Origin: Salpingoeca rosetta
Taxonomy: Eukaryota; Protista; Choanoflagellata
DNA length: 44,362 nt
Direction of reading: 5' to 3'
NCBI GenBank assembly: GCA_033442325.1
Contig: JAWQFM010000007.1
Location: 1,288,008-1,332,369, forward strand
A program made the translations under genes and the position numbers. The notes beneath the pieces were generated by a model. It was not told where the DNA came from and searched no databases. It saw nothing but the letters and a program-made list of their open reading frames with translations. Below are positions 1-12,868 of this stretch, one piece after another; the first letter of the stretch is position 1, and every line of letters starts with the position of its first letter.

Positions 1-150
<150 letters not shown>

Positions 151-154
151 ACAG

Positions 155-1472
155 GACGATTGGGCACATGGCGAAGCGAGCACTGGCCCGCGCGCGTGTG
201 AGCGAAGTGCATGTCCCCCATATATCGCTGCGGACGGGCAGCGCGGAGCTTGGACCAGGCGGTGGGCAGCAGCAGCACATACTGCCAGATGCCCTGTCCA
301 CGAGTGAAGACCATTCTTCCAAGCAGTCGCCACCGCCCTCATCATCATCGTTCTTGTCGGATCTGCTGTCCCGTTCTTCGTCACCTCCGCCAACGGGCGA
401 AGCTTCGGCATCGACCGCCCTCCACCCGCACACCAGCACCCCCAACAGCCGTCCAACCACCACGACGACGACTGCAACCACGACAACTGCGAAGAGGACC
501 AGCGACAACAGCACTGCACCTGCCGCAAATGGCAGTGGTGATGATGGTGAGCAGGTGAGTGACACGGAGGAGAGCGAAAAGCGCGCGCAGTCTCCCGACG
601 TTGAAGACAGCACCAGTGGGGCGGCAGCGAAGGATGGCAGCGTGTACACGGGCCAGGATGACGCGGATGTTGTTGCCTATCCAGGAAATTTCCTCCGCTA
701 CCGGCTGCTGCTCCCACCCGATGTGCCGGTGTCACCACCCAACTCGACCAAACACGGCGCTTCAGAGCACCGCACCCTTGTTGGCGGCGACGACGATGAC
801 AGTGAGGATGATGGTGACAACGATGGTGATGACGTTAATGATGATGACGGTGATGATGGGGATGGGCAGTATGACAGCATCCTTGGCGGTCGGCGCCTGC
901 GACTGTATCCTCAGCGAAGCGACAGTGGCCATTTCCCTGACCCAGCACCCGTTCCAAAGGCGCACGCTTCCTACGGTATGCCTGTCGCTTACACGGCGTG
1001 CTTACATTGTCCGCAGCCCTGCCTGCCGTGCATTTCGTTTGTTGCGGGGTTGCGCTTGCGTAAGCCTCTACGCGCTGCACATTGTTCATGTTGCGTGCGC
1101 TCACCATGAATGTGTGCCGCGGTGTGAACGTGACAGAGCGCATTATGGCGAGTGCGCCGGGATGCGTGCGCAGCATTCGTTTAAAACCTCCACAAGGTAC
1201 CACATGCACAAATACGCTCTGCCCGCCGCCACCTGTGGTGTCTTGTGCCTTGTGTCTTGTGTCTGACGCCCTACCAACACTATCCACTCAGCCCAATACA
1301 CAAACACCACCGCCGCCACCACGATCATCAGAGTCGCCGCACGTACCGGTTCCAAGTGCGCGGCACCAGCTGCTTGAGCTGAAGCCCTCTGCTGAAGGAT
1401 GGACCATCTGCAACCGCCAGTGGTCCGACCTGCCCTTCTCCAAAGACAAGTGGTGCGCCCCACATGTAGCCG

Positions 1473-1536
<64 letters not shown>

Positions 1537-3561
1537 AGTTGTTGTTGTTGTTGTTTAAGTTGTTGTTGTTGTTGTTTAAGTTGTTGTTGTCGTTTGTTGT
1601 TGTTGTCGTTTGTTGTTGTTGTCGTTTGTTGTTGTTGTCGTTTGTTGTTGCGCGTGTCTCGTGCGAGGGTAACATGACTGTTGCTGTCCCAGATCGTTCT
1701 CACCACACACTCACCCAACATCCTTCCACTCCACTTGTTCCGTCTCTGCTCAGCACTGTGATTGCAACGTGGCGCGAAGCCATTTTGCACCTGACTTCGC
1801 TCCAGCAATGGCTCACCACCAACTTTGGCTTCATTGTCGTTGAAGACCAGCAGGTAATGAATGGAATCATCAGTTCTATTGTCTGTGTGTTTCGCCTCGT
1901 TTGATTGTTTGCCTGCCCACACATTTTGGCGTGAATGTCCGTAACTGTCGCACCCACACAGCAACCCGATATCCGTTCGTCCCATCTTTCATCTCCCCCA
2001 CTTTGCTCACCCCCGTTGCACTCACAACATTGCGCTCGCCGCATTGCAATGGTCACACTACGTTGCACTCACACCATTCCATCTCTTTCCTGTCCCAACA
2101 CCATCATCCCAACTCACCACCACCCCCCTTCACCACCACCACCACCACCCCCCTTCACCACCACCACCACCACCCCCCTTCACCACCACCACCACCCCCT
2201 CTCACCACCACGAAAGGCGCGCTACACGTCACACTGCGTTGTGCCCATCCCGACCACCACTGTTCCGCCGGTTCCTGAGCGCCAATGCTCGCTGGGCCCA
2301 CGCCCGTCGTCCCCGTACTCCTCCACTGCCGGGCCCTTCCGCAGCCTTCCACCTCCATCGGCACCGCACGCGGGCACCACAGCACACCCGCAAGCAACAG
2401 CGACAGCAACGACAACGGCAACGACGACGACATCAGCGCCAGGAACGGGACCGGGAGCAAGTGCAACGACTGGTGCGACGGCGGGTGGAAAGACAGGCGC
2501 GATGATGACGACGATGGCCACGACACACGCACGCACGGCCGCCCCTCTCAGTGCCACCGCCCCGCCCCCGACACGAGTGGTCACCGCCCGCGGAGCACCA
2601 GTGATGGCGTCCACAGCGACAACAGCAAGCAGCCAGCAGCCATTGCAGCAGCAGCAGCAGGCCACCTACCACCCACAGGGCGGCGCTACTGGTGCATACG
2701 CCACCACGACCACCACGGCTGCACCAACGATGGCAGCAAATGCGAGCGCAGCACCAGGCAGAGCACCGTCGTCGTCCACCGCCACCTCTGCAACACCGGC
2801 AATGACGGGCACCACCACCAGCGCCAGCTACACGTACCAAGCCCAACAGCGGGGCCCATCACAGCAGTACACACGCACGGCGCCATCCCCATACCATCCA
2901 CGCCCACAGCAGACCACCACCGCAGGTGCCAACACCCGGACCAGCACACCCATGGGAGCGCCAACGCCCTACTCCCGCCCTCCGCCAGCAGGTCCCGTGT
3001 ACGCGCAGCCGACACCTGCAACTCCGATGGCCGCACGCAGCAGCACAGCTGTTGCCGCTTCGACAACCACCACCATCAGCGCACCAACAGGCAGCACGCC
3101 AGCACCGGCGTCCGGCCACTGCGGTGTTCCCACGTGTACCATGTGCGTCCCAGCGCAGCAGCCCCGCTACGCAGTTCCAACCGCGACACACCCTCCACCA
3201 ACAACAATGGCGAGCGTGCCCACGGCGAGCGCAGCGTCATCTGTGCCAACAACTCCTGCTCCTGGCATTGCTCCTCAAACCAGCCAGCCCGCACCGGCGC
3301 CAGCAGCAGCAACAGCAACAGCAACCAGCGCCAAGCGTCGTGCGTCTGTGGCGCATGCGTACGCTGTTGTTGGTTCTGCAGGCGACAATGTGCACCTTGC
3401 AAAGCGACGTGCCTACTCCACATCAAATGTCGCCCAGGTAATTTGCGTAACGCCATCATCAAGCGGGGGTGTGCGTGCCTGTGCCTGTGTTTGTGCATGC
3501 CTGTGCCTGTGTTTGTGCCTGTGTGTGTGTGTGTGGGTGCGTGCGTGCCTGTGCCTGTGCC

Positions 3562-3611
<50 letters not shown>

Positions 3612-5050
3612 GTGTGATGTAATGTAACATGCGCGGCTTTGCAACAACACATACCCACACACACACACACATGCGCTGACGGATATCTACCATGTTTCTC
3701 TCTGTTTTGTTGCCTTATCTTGATTTCATTGTCGTTCCGTGTTCTCATACTCTATGGATGTGTGCTCGTCCCTGTTTTGCTCTGCCTTCGTCCCTGGTCA
3801 TACGTGTTGGTGTAGTCTGACAATCCCTACTACCAGGCTGCCAACAACACCCCACGCACCTTCGAAGTCCCCGCTGGTGGCATGTATCACGTTGTCCCCA
3901 TCAACGCCAAGACTGTGATTTGTGAGTCATCGCTCGCGCGTGCATCTGCTGTTGTTTGCATCTGCTGTTGTTTGCATCTGCTGTGCTGTCGCATGTGATG
4001 ATTCCCCGTCTTGTGTGCATGCTGCTTGAAGCTTGTCCGGGTAACTGTCTCACATCGACACACACACACACGCACACACACACATACATACACACACCCG
4101 CACACACACCCGCACACACACACACACATCGACACAAAACCAGCCGGGCCACCAGCCGCATATGCGTATGCAACGGCCACGCGAACCGCGGCGCCGGCAC
4201 CTGCTGCTGCAAACGCGAACAGCAACAGCACTGGCAGCATGCGCGTTGCGGGTGTGCCTGCTGGTGGGATGGTTGTGCAGACAATGCCACCGATGCAGCA
4301 GGGCACGGGTGGCGTGCTGAGCATGGCGCCTTCGACAATGGCGTCGAGACAGCCCGTCCCCACACCACAGGCAACAACAGCCGCGCCCACTGCAGGCACA
4401 GCTACCAGCAACGTTGCACATGTCTCCGCCCCACCTGGCCACCAGCAGCAGCAGCAGGGGCCCACTGCAATGGCTGCGGCCTCGATGACAAACGGGGCGC
4501 GTGCACCACTCCCGACATCATCACAAGCGACCGTGGTGACAGCAGCAACAGCTCCGAGAGCGTCAACGCCTGCAGCTACAGCACATCATGTGTCTGGATC
4601 AAGCGTGGCGCCGGCAGCATCGGTGAAGCGAGCAGCTCCACGTCGCGCCACACCCATAACAACGACGACCTCCATTGCCACGATGATGCTGATGAAGACA
4701 GCCATGCCACCCATGTCATCGTCGTCGTCGTCCGCAGCATCGTCGATGCCAACGCGACAGGCTGGCCTGGGAACGCAGCAGCAACAGCAACAGCAGCCAC
4801 CACCACAACAGCAACAACAGCAGCAGCAACCAAATCGCGTGGTCACAACCGCTGCGCCAATACCTACAACAGCAGCCGGCACCACAGCAGCAACTGCAGC
4901 AGCAACAACAACAGCGCCCAGTGCATCCGTTGTGCCAGCAGCCCCTACATCCTCCACAGCTGGTGGGCCAACCACTGCGGTGACCACGCACGCACCCACA
5001 CCAGCAACGACAACGGCAGCACACCCGACGAAGCAGCCGTCGACGAGCGG

Positions 5051-5085
<35 letters not shown>

Positions 5086-5165
5086 GCGAAACGGCAGCAG
5101 CAACAGCTGGGTCAACACCCGCGCCTGCTTCATCCAGTCAACAGCAGTCGCAACAGCAGCCGTAG
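155..5165 (+). CDS. 5'-truncated multi-exon gene for an uncharacterised, largely disordered Thr/Ala/Pro/Gln-rich protein
   Basis: Phase-consistent GT-AG exons 155-975, 1332-1452, 1754-1853, 2217-3437, 3816-3921, 4144-5165 (TAG). The first visible exon follows (CA)n-gtacag, so upstream exons probably lie outside the window. No domain recognised; only the ELKPSAEGWTICNRQWSDLPF...WREAILHLTSLQQWL segment looks globular. Confidence 0.7.
1472..1650. repeat. Intronic (GTT)n with TTTAAG interruptions
   Basis: Directly visible; starts about 20 nt after the donor at 1453. Confidence 0.95.
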
Positions 5166-5824
5166 AGATAGAGGCAGCAGTTGGTTGAAGTGGAGCCGTA
5201 AGTTGGTACCAGCAATTCCTGCTTTCACTGCGTTCGTTTTTTTCTCGTCTTTAGGACCATATCACCCTAGACGCACAAGCAACATAAGTGGCTGTCTGCT
5301 TTTTTTCAAGCTTTGCTTTGGGTAATGGGGCGAGCCGAGGCTGGGCCGTACGTTGTGTGTGTGTGCGTGTGTGTGCACATATGTACATGTTTGAGAGTGC
5401 AGATATGAGGTAGTCTTGCATGTCGACAGTCGGGTGATTAGGCTGAGCAGAATGTGTGTGTGTGTGTTTGTGTTGTGCAGATAGTGCTGAGCAAAGGCAC
5501 TGTGTTGACATGCGCGTACTTTAACGTGTGCTTGTGTCTGTCTGTCTGTCTGTGTGGCTTGGTGTATTTGTTCAGAGTAATAAACAACCAACTAGGAAGG
5601 CAGCACAGACACAGACACACAGACAGAAACGTACGCACACATCATCATCACACACACACACACACACGGACACGAAGAAGAGAGAGGGGAAGGTTCTACG
5701 CGGCAACGGGCCACACAAAGGTGGGGGGGGGGCTTGGTGATGAAGGAAGACAACTAGTCCGGTCTCATCCAAAGAACATGACAATGGGGTGTGGTTGAAG
5801 CGAGAAGAGAAGTATGGTGCCACG

Positions 5825-5895
<71 letters not shown>

Positions 5896-6090
5896 ACACA
5901 CACACACACATGCGACTGCAAAACGGTGGGACGGAACAAAACAAAAGATGTGTGAAGTGGGGGGGGGGAACGGGGCAACTTAAGAGCGTAACAAGTTGCA
6001 GCTCAAAGTAGCGGAGGAGCGAACCGCGCAACATCCAAGCACAGCAACGGGTGCGCGAGAAGCACGCACAGGCAAAGACATGCAGCAAAT

Positions 6091-6225
6091 TTAGCTTTCG
6101 GGCAGAGACACCTTTGCCCCGCCAGAGGAGTTGATCTTCCGCACATAGTTACCTGCGCGCGCGTGTGAGTGAGTGAGTGAGTGAGTGAGTGAGTGAGTGA
6201 GTGAGTGAGTGAGTGAGTGAGTGAA

Positions 6226-6316
<91 letters not shown>

Positions 6317-7124
6317 GATGCCAGTCTCAGCGCAGCAGCAGTGAGGAAAGGGGGCAAGTTGATGATATTGGAAGAGAAAAGCTGATGTCAGAGGAGAGTA
6401 GAGAGAGGGCAGTACGTACGTGGGAAGTAGCCTTTCTTCCCTTGCTGGTTCTCGCCCTCATACCAGTCACCACTGTCATCAAACACCCTGTACACACAAT
6501 AAGAAGGAGAGAAAGCGAAGGTTGAGTGTATGGGAAGGTGAGTGTGTGGAAGACGTTGCAGCACGAAGACGAAGCACCAGAAGCAACGTATGCGTGTGTG
6601 TTGCATAGAAATGTGAGGAGATTGATGTGAGATGGATGGAAACAGGCAAGGGTGCAGACAGACCCACCCACCCACCCACCACACACACCACACCACCACA
6701 CCACCACACACACACACACACAGGCAAACAAACAGACATGCAGCCAGACACGCAGACATGCAGCCAGACACACAGACACACAGCCAGACACACAGGCACA
6801 CAGACACACAGACAAGCACAGAGAAACACAATACGCACGCACACAAAACCAAACAAACAAACACACGAACACGCAGCCGCAAGGTGCTGACCGAAGGATT
6901 TCGCCGCCTTCGAAGCACAGGTCCTCCGGGTCATCACTCTCAAACTTGAAGAGTGTTTGATAGAGGGTGTAGTTGCGCTCCGCTTGCTTGCCTTCCAAAG
7001 CAGCCTTGCGCTCCTTCTTTGCCTGCAGCAGCCCATCCAGCTCCTGACCAAGCAGGCTCGCCATCTTCTTGGTCTCGTCCCGTTTTGCCTTCCGCTCGGC
7101 AAGCTTGTCGTTCAGCGAACTCAT
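6091..7124 (-). CDS. Small coiled-coil + SH3 domain protein (120 aa)
   Basis: Exons 7124-6892, 6487-6420, 6152-6091 splice to MSSLNDKLAERKAK...TLFKFESDDPEDLCFEGGEILRVFDDSGDWYEGENQQGKKGYFPRNYVRKI, with the SH3 hallmarks DLxF, DWY and GYFPxNYV. Confidence 0.92.
6163..6312. repeat. Compound microsatellite (GAGT)n(GT)n(GA)n(GT)n in intron 2 of the SH3 gene
   Basis: Directly visible. Confidence 0.95.
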
Positions 7125-7635
7125 GGTGAGCTTACAGCTGCGCGTGTGGGCGCGGGTAGGGCTCGACTTGCTTGTTGCGCACTGTGTGCGTTGTGCGTTG
7201 TGTGTGTGTGTGTGTGTAGCGTGTGTCGTCTCCAGCGAGACAATGGTCGCAGCAGCAGCAGGTGCAGGGTGCACAACCAGCGACAACGAAAGCGACGAAA
7301 TGGGCGTGGAAGAAAACTGCAAAGGAAGGCGCTTGCTTGCTCGGCTGGATCCACAAAACAAGAAAGACACGTTTTGAGAGTGGAAGCCACCACCACCACC
7401 ACCACCAACACAAGTAGGAGTCACAGCAACAGCAGCTGCAACGCTGTGGCGTGTAGGGTTGCGTGTATTACAGTATGTACAGTTCAACGTGTTCACCAAC
7501 CCAAACTCGAGAACAAGAAGAAAAGACAAAGAAGGAAAGGGGGGTGTGTCGAGGGAAAACAAGAGCAAACAAGAAGAGGGGCAGCAGCAGTCAGGACGGC
7601 AACGGTCGTCGTGCACACGCGTCGTGTGTGTTGTT

Positions 7636-8095
7636 TCAAGAGGAGGAGGATGATGGCTGTGAAGAGCGCAGGGTCTCAAGCTCCGTGATGAGGGTGTTGA
7701 TCTGCTCCTGGAACATCTTCTTCACATCCACAAAGTCCATTTGCAGCTGTTGCAACTCCTCGTCCTTCTGCCCGTACATCTGCAACAACCGATCGTGCCT
7801 GCAGGCACACGTAAACACACACACACACACACACACACGCACAGACGTGTGCATGGTTGATGAGGCCGACAAGGATAGGGTGGTCGAAGGGTGCAAGTGA
7901 ACAGGCCACTGCCTGCACAGGTGCACATTCATGCGGAGCCGCCACCCAGCGTTTCGCATTCCCGAGTGCGCACACACAGAGACAGAGACAGAGACAGAGA
8001 CAGACACACGCACACGCACACACACACACACACGCACACGCACACGCACGCACACACACACACGCACACGCACACGCACACGCACACGCACACGC

Positions 8096-8131
<36 letters not shown>

Positions 8132-9301
8132 CGGCCTCCTCCGAATACCGGATGACAAGATCCTCGTGGTCGCGCTGCAGCTGGAGCCAATCAATGTCCT
8201 GGTCTGCCTCGTCACTCGGCGGCATGATGGAGTGCTCTGGTGCTGCTGTTTCTCGCCGCTGCGCATCCTCTCTTCGCCGCAACGCCTCAAGCTCCATATG
8301 AAACGCCTGCCGCTTGCTCTCGCAGTCGTGCAACTGAGGAGCGATGGCAAAAGTGAGGGCGGGGGATGGAGGATCGGGTCATGCAATCACAGCAAGGCGG
8401 TGAGTGAAAGTGTTGTAGTAGTAGTACTCATATGGGTGTGTGCGTGTGTGTTTGAAGTGTGTGTGCTTGTGTCTGTACAAGCAGCACGTGTGGCCATATG
8501 CCAATGTAGCCAGCTGTTCTCATCCCATCACGCTTCAACACCACCTTCTCCCTCACACAGACAGACAGACAGACAGACAGACACGCTCTCGATATCTTCT
8601 TCTGTCACGCCTCCAACGCAGCAGTAGCCCACCTGCTTTGTGAGCACGGTGCGCTCTGCGAGCCAGTTCTGATTCGCCTCCTCGTACTTGTCGCGCAGCG
8701 ACGCGTATTTCTCGCTTTCCGCCTTTAACTGCGACGACAGCGCTTCCTCCCTGTGTGCGCGTATGTGTGTGGGTGAGTGTGAGTGTGTGTGTGTGTGTGT
8801 GAGTGTGTGTTCTTCGTGAGACGAATGGTACTGACAATGCGACATATGCAACATCAACAGCACAGCAAACACACCAGAACAGGACGTATTGTGCGTTGTT
8901 CGCACGTACTTTTGTTGCAGGGCGTCGAGTTGTGCTCGGAGCCGCGTCATATCCGCCTTTGTAGCGGCCAAGCTCTCCTGCACACACACACACGCACACA
9001 CACATCCAAGCGCACACACGCACAAGGTGGAATGTATATTGTCATCCCTTGTCAACACAGCAAAATCACTGTGGTACCACAGTAAGACACGAAACTACAA
9101 CACCTCCCCACCCCACCTCGCTCCATCCGCCCACCTCTGTAGCACGGTGCTTGGCCTGCGTCTGCATGTTCTTCATCTGGAATTCGCGTTCGCGCTCCTC
9201 TGCCGCCTCCACGCGCACGTGCGCCTCTTCAAGCTGCACCTGAAGGTCGTCAATCACAGCCTGCGATGCGCGCGTGCGTGTGTGTGTGCGTGTGTGTGTG
9301 C

Positions 9302-9391
<90 letters not shown>

Positions 9392-9954
9392 GAATGGTGG
9401 AACATAGCTGGTGACGGAGTTGCGACAAACACACAAGGTCAGCGCTGAAGAACACCAGCACAGAGCAGTCCACGTGTCACTTCTTGCTCTCATTCGTACT
9501 CCAAACCTCAAGGGAGGCGCGTTGTTTGGAAGAAGCGTCCTGCAGCGTCTGTATTCTCTTCATCAGTGGTTGGCTGGCCTGTCACATGCACAAAAGCATA
9601 CATATGTGTATGTGAGATACAACAATTGCGCTTGCACACGCCAGGCATTACAAAGGTGCGGTGGAGAACTGGCGTTCTTGCAAGCAATCAAGCAACCACG
9701 CGTGTGCATGCAAGCAGCGTCGAACAAAACAGCAAAAACAGAACAAGATGTGTATGTGCACACCTGGGTGATGCCCTCCGAGAGTTCTTGCACGCGCTCT
9801 TCACTCATGCGGAGTTTGTTGCGGAGATCTGGCCGGAAACACAAGGCAGAGACGGGAAGAGAAGACGTGAGTGGGTGAGGGAGGAGGACAGGCTGAGGGG
9901 GGAATGAGGAGGCGGAGAGAAAGGGCATGTGTGTGTGTGTTTGTGTGTGTTTGT

Positions 9955-9997
<43 letters not shown>

Positions 9998-10990
9998 CGT
10001 GTGTGTGTGTGTGTGTGTTCACACTTGTGCAAAGAGTTTGAAAAAGAGGTGGGCAGGGGTGGCGGCGGATTAATGAAGGATTAATATCGCCATGAATGAA
10101 CAAAGAGCGGGAAGCATACGGGGGCGAATAGCAAGGAGAAGCACCACACGCAAGGCGTGTAGGAAGAGATACAAACACGTTCAACACGTGAAGGTACAAG
10201 CACACACAAAATGCAAGGTCATAAAAATGAAGGTGCACACACACGTGCACATGTGATACCTGCGATGCTCTGCTCGTAGTCTGCAGCTGCGTTTTGTTGT
10301 CCGCTTTGCAGGCGCGACACAGACGCGCGCAAATCATCAATCTGCTCAGGGCAGTCGTGGTGGCCATGAAGGGTTGGTCGATGCGTGATGATGAGACGAT
10401 GAAGTGGTGGAATTGTACTTGTGGCTTCACACATTCCGTTCACAATGTAAACAAACAGGTGCACATACACACACATACACACACCTGCATTTCGTAATCG
10501 CGTCGTTCCAGTTGCATCATCTTGTCCTTCTCTTGCAGTTGCGCCTAAAACGCACACATACACATGTGTGTGTGTGTGTGTTTGTGCAGCGAATGAGTGG
10601 TGAGCATGTCCCAAGACCTTCGTGCTCTGTGTTCACCACTCCCTTCCAACCCCACAGGCACACATGCACACAGACACACAGATACATGCACGCATACACA
10701 CAGACACATACCCCAGTACACGCTGCAGTGTGGGTAGGTCACCTGGAGTGTCTGCTGTGCGGATATGCTGGCGGATGTCGTCGCCTGCTGCGCCCTCTCC
10801 TCTGCATCCAACTTCGCTTGCTCAAGCTGCGTCACATCCTGTTGCGCTGTCTCCAGTGCGCACCCAAGACATTTGCAGTTGTTTCCGACAAGCGCGCACA
10901 CACATGAGAGTTCCGTGCAAGCACATGTGTGAGGGTCATGATAGGTGCAGACACGGAGGGCCGCAGCCGAGTCGGCGAAAGACACAGAGT

Positions 10991-11073
<83 letters not shown>

Positions 11074-11832
11074 TGCACAAGTACACACACACACACAGTT
11101 GCACAAGTACACACACACACACACAGTTGCACAAGTACACACATACACACAGCTGCACAAGCACAAACACAAACACACATGCACACACAGGGTGCCCACC
11201 CTTGTTGAGAGCAGTCTGCAGGGCGGCGTTGTGTTCTGCAAGTTTCGCCAGTTGCGCGTTTGCTTCCTCCAGCTCCTTCGTTTGGGAGGCCGCCACAGCA
11301 GACACTTGCGACGCATCCTGGTTGCCGTCATTGGCAGTGCATTGCATGCAGGCACGCGGGATTGCACGCAACACGAGTCAGACACATGTGAGCACGCGTG
11401 TGTGTACATGCCATCAAACGCACGCGCAGCACAATCCTGCATTCATCAAACACATTGACACAATTGTACACACAGACACGCACGAAATACATACGCACAC
11501 GCACGCAAACACACACACACACACGTGTGTTCACCTCTTGGTATTTTCGCTGCATTGTTTCCTGTTGCGCCAACTTTTCCTCAAGCTGTAGTCGCAGCGA
11601 AACAACACACGCATGAATGGATACATGCACGCACGCATACACGGATACATACATACACGGGTACATGCACGCACGCATGCGGACACACACGTATGCATAT
11701 ACCCGTACACACACACACACATATGTAAATGTGCACACGGAACGAGCAGCAACGAATGAGTGGAATCATGCGTGATGAGGAGACACAGTACCGTTGAAGC
11801 GGACACCACAGCGACACACTTGGGAAGTCGAT

Positions 11833-11880
<48 letters not shown>

Positions 11881-12654
11881 CACACACATCGACGTTGCAG
11901 ATGCAAGCATCACACGCACCTCCACAACCCGCGCTTGTGCTTGGGAGAGCTTCTTGTTGACAGACACCAGCTGCTGCTCTGTCTCCTGTGTAAACGCACA
12001 CGTGAAGATGGAGAGAGCGAATCAACGTGTTGACAGACAGCAGTCACCACAAGACATGACATGCGAATATGGTATGACAACAACCACAACGGCCACAGCG
12101 ACGACCACCACCAACAGCACCACCAACAGCAACACTGACACGCACGCCACACCGTGACCACCAGGGCACCTTGTTCTTCTTCTGCAGGGCCTTGTTGATG
12201 CGGGCGGAGTTGAACTGCTTCTGGGAGAGCTGCTTCCCCTCTGCCAGCAGCGCCGCAATCTGCTGGTCCTTCTCCACCAGTGCCCGTGCCATGTCGTCCT
12301 CGTGTTGCCCGCTCGACTGCACGTGCTCAGACCACAGCTGCCGTGACGGTGGCGGTGATGGCGGTGATGGCAGTGGTTGTGGTGATGGTGGTGATGGTGT
12401 TTAGATGTGAGGATTCATGAAACGGTTAGGTGGATTAGGGCGCAGTGAAGGAAAGGGTGGGGATGGAAGGCGCACCACATGCCATGACGGCACCGTCTTG
12501 ACTGATGGATGCACGAAGGCGTTGGTGCTGCTTGCACATGTCCCAGCTCAAACCAACACGCCAACGCGCAAAGGGGACAACAACAACAACTCGATACCAC
12601 AGCAAGACACGGACGGACAGACTTGTGTGGACGGACGCTGTTCAAACGACAACT

Positions 12655-12718
<64 letters not shown>

Positions 12719-12801
12719 CTGAAACAACAACAACAACTTAAACAACAACAACAACTGAAACAACAACAACAGCAACAACAACAACTTAAACAACAACAAC
12801 T

Positions 12802-12868
<67 letters not shown>

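Noticed and set aside
5251-6088. Many ORFs encoding [12 protein letters not shown] peptides here and throughout the window
   Set aside because: These are translations of stop-free (CA)n/(GT)n microsatellites in introns, UTRs and spacers.
6327-7679. 450-aa minus-strand ORF seeming to link TMF1 and the SH3 gene
   Set aside because: It reads through spacer and a GT-rich intron. TMF1 has its own stop at 7636 in another frame, and the SH3 domain is completed only by splicing.
11068-11170. Regularly spaced repeats superficially like a CRISPR array
   Set aside because: The spacers are only (AC)n, the context is a eukaryotic intron and there are no cas genes.
12648-12868. Apparent polyQ ORF (12509-12889 +) and TTAA sites suggesting piggyBac footprints
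   Set aside because: It lies antisense within a TMF1 intron, with no terminal inverted repeats or transposase.
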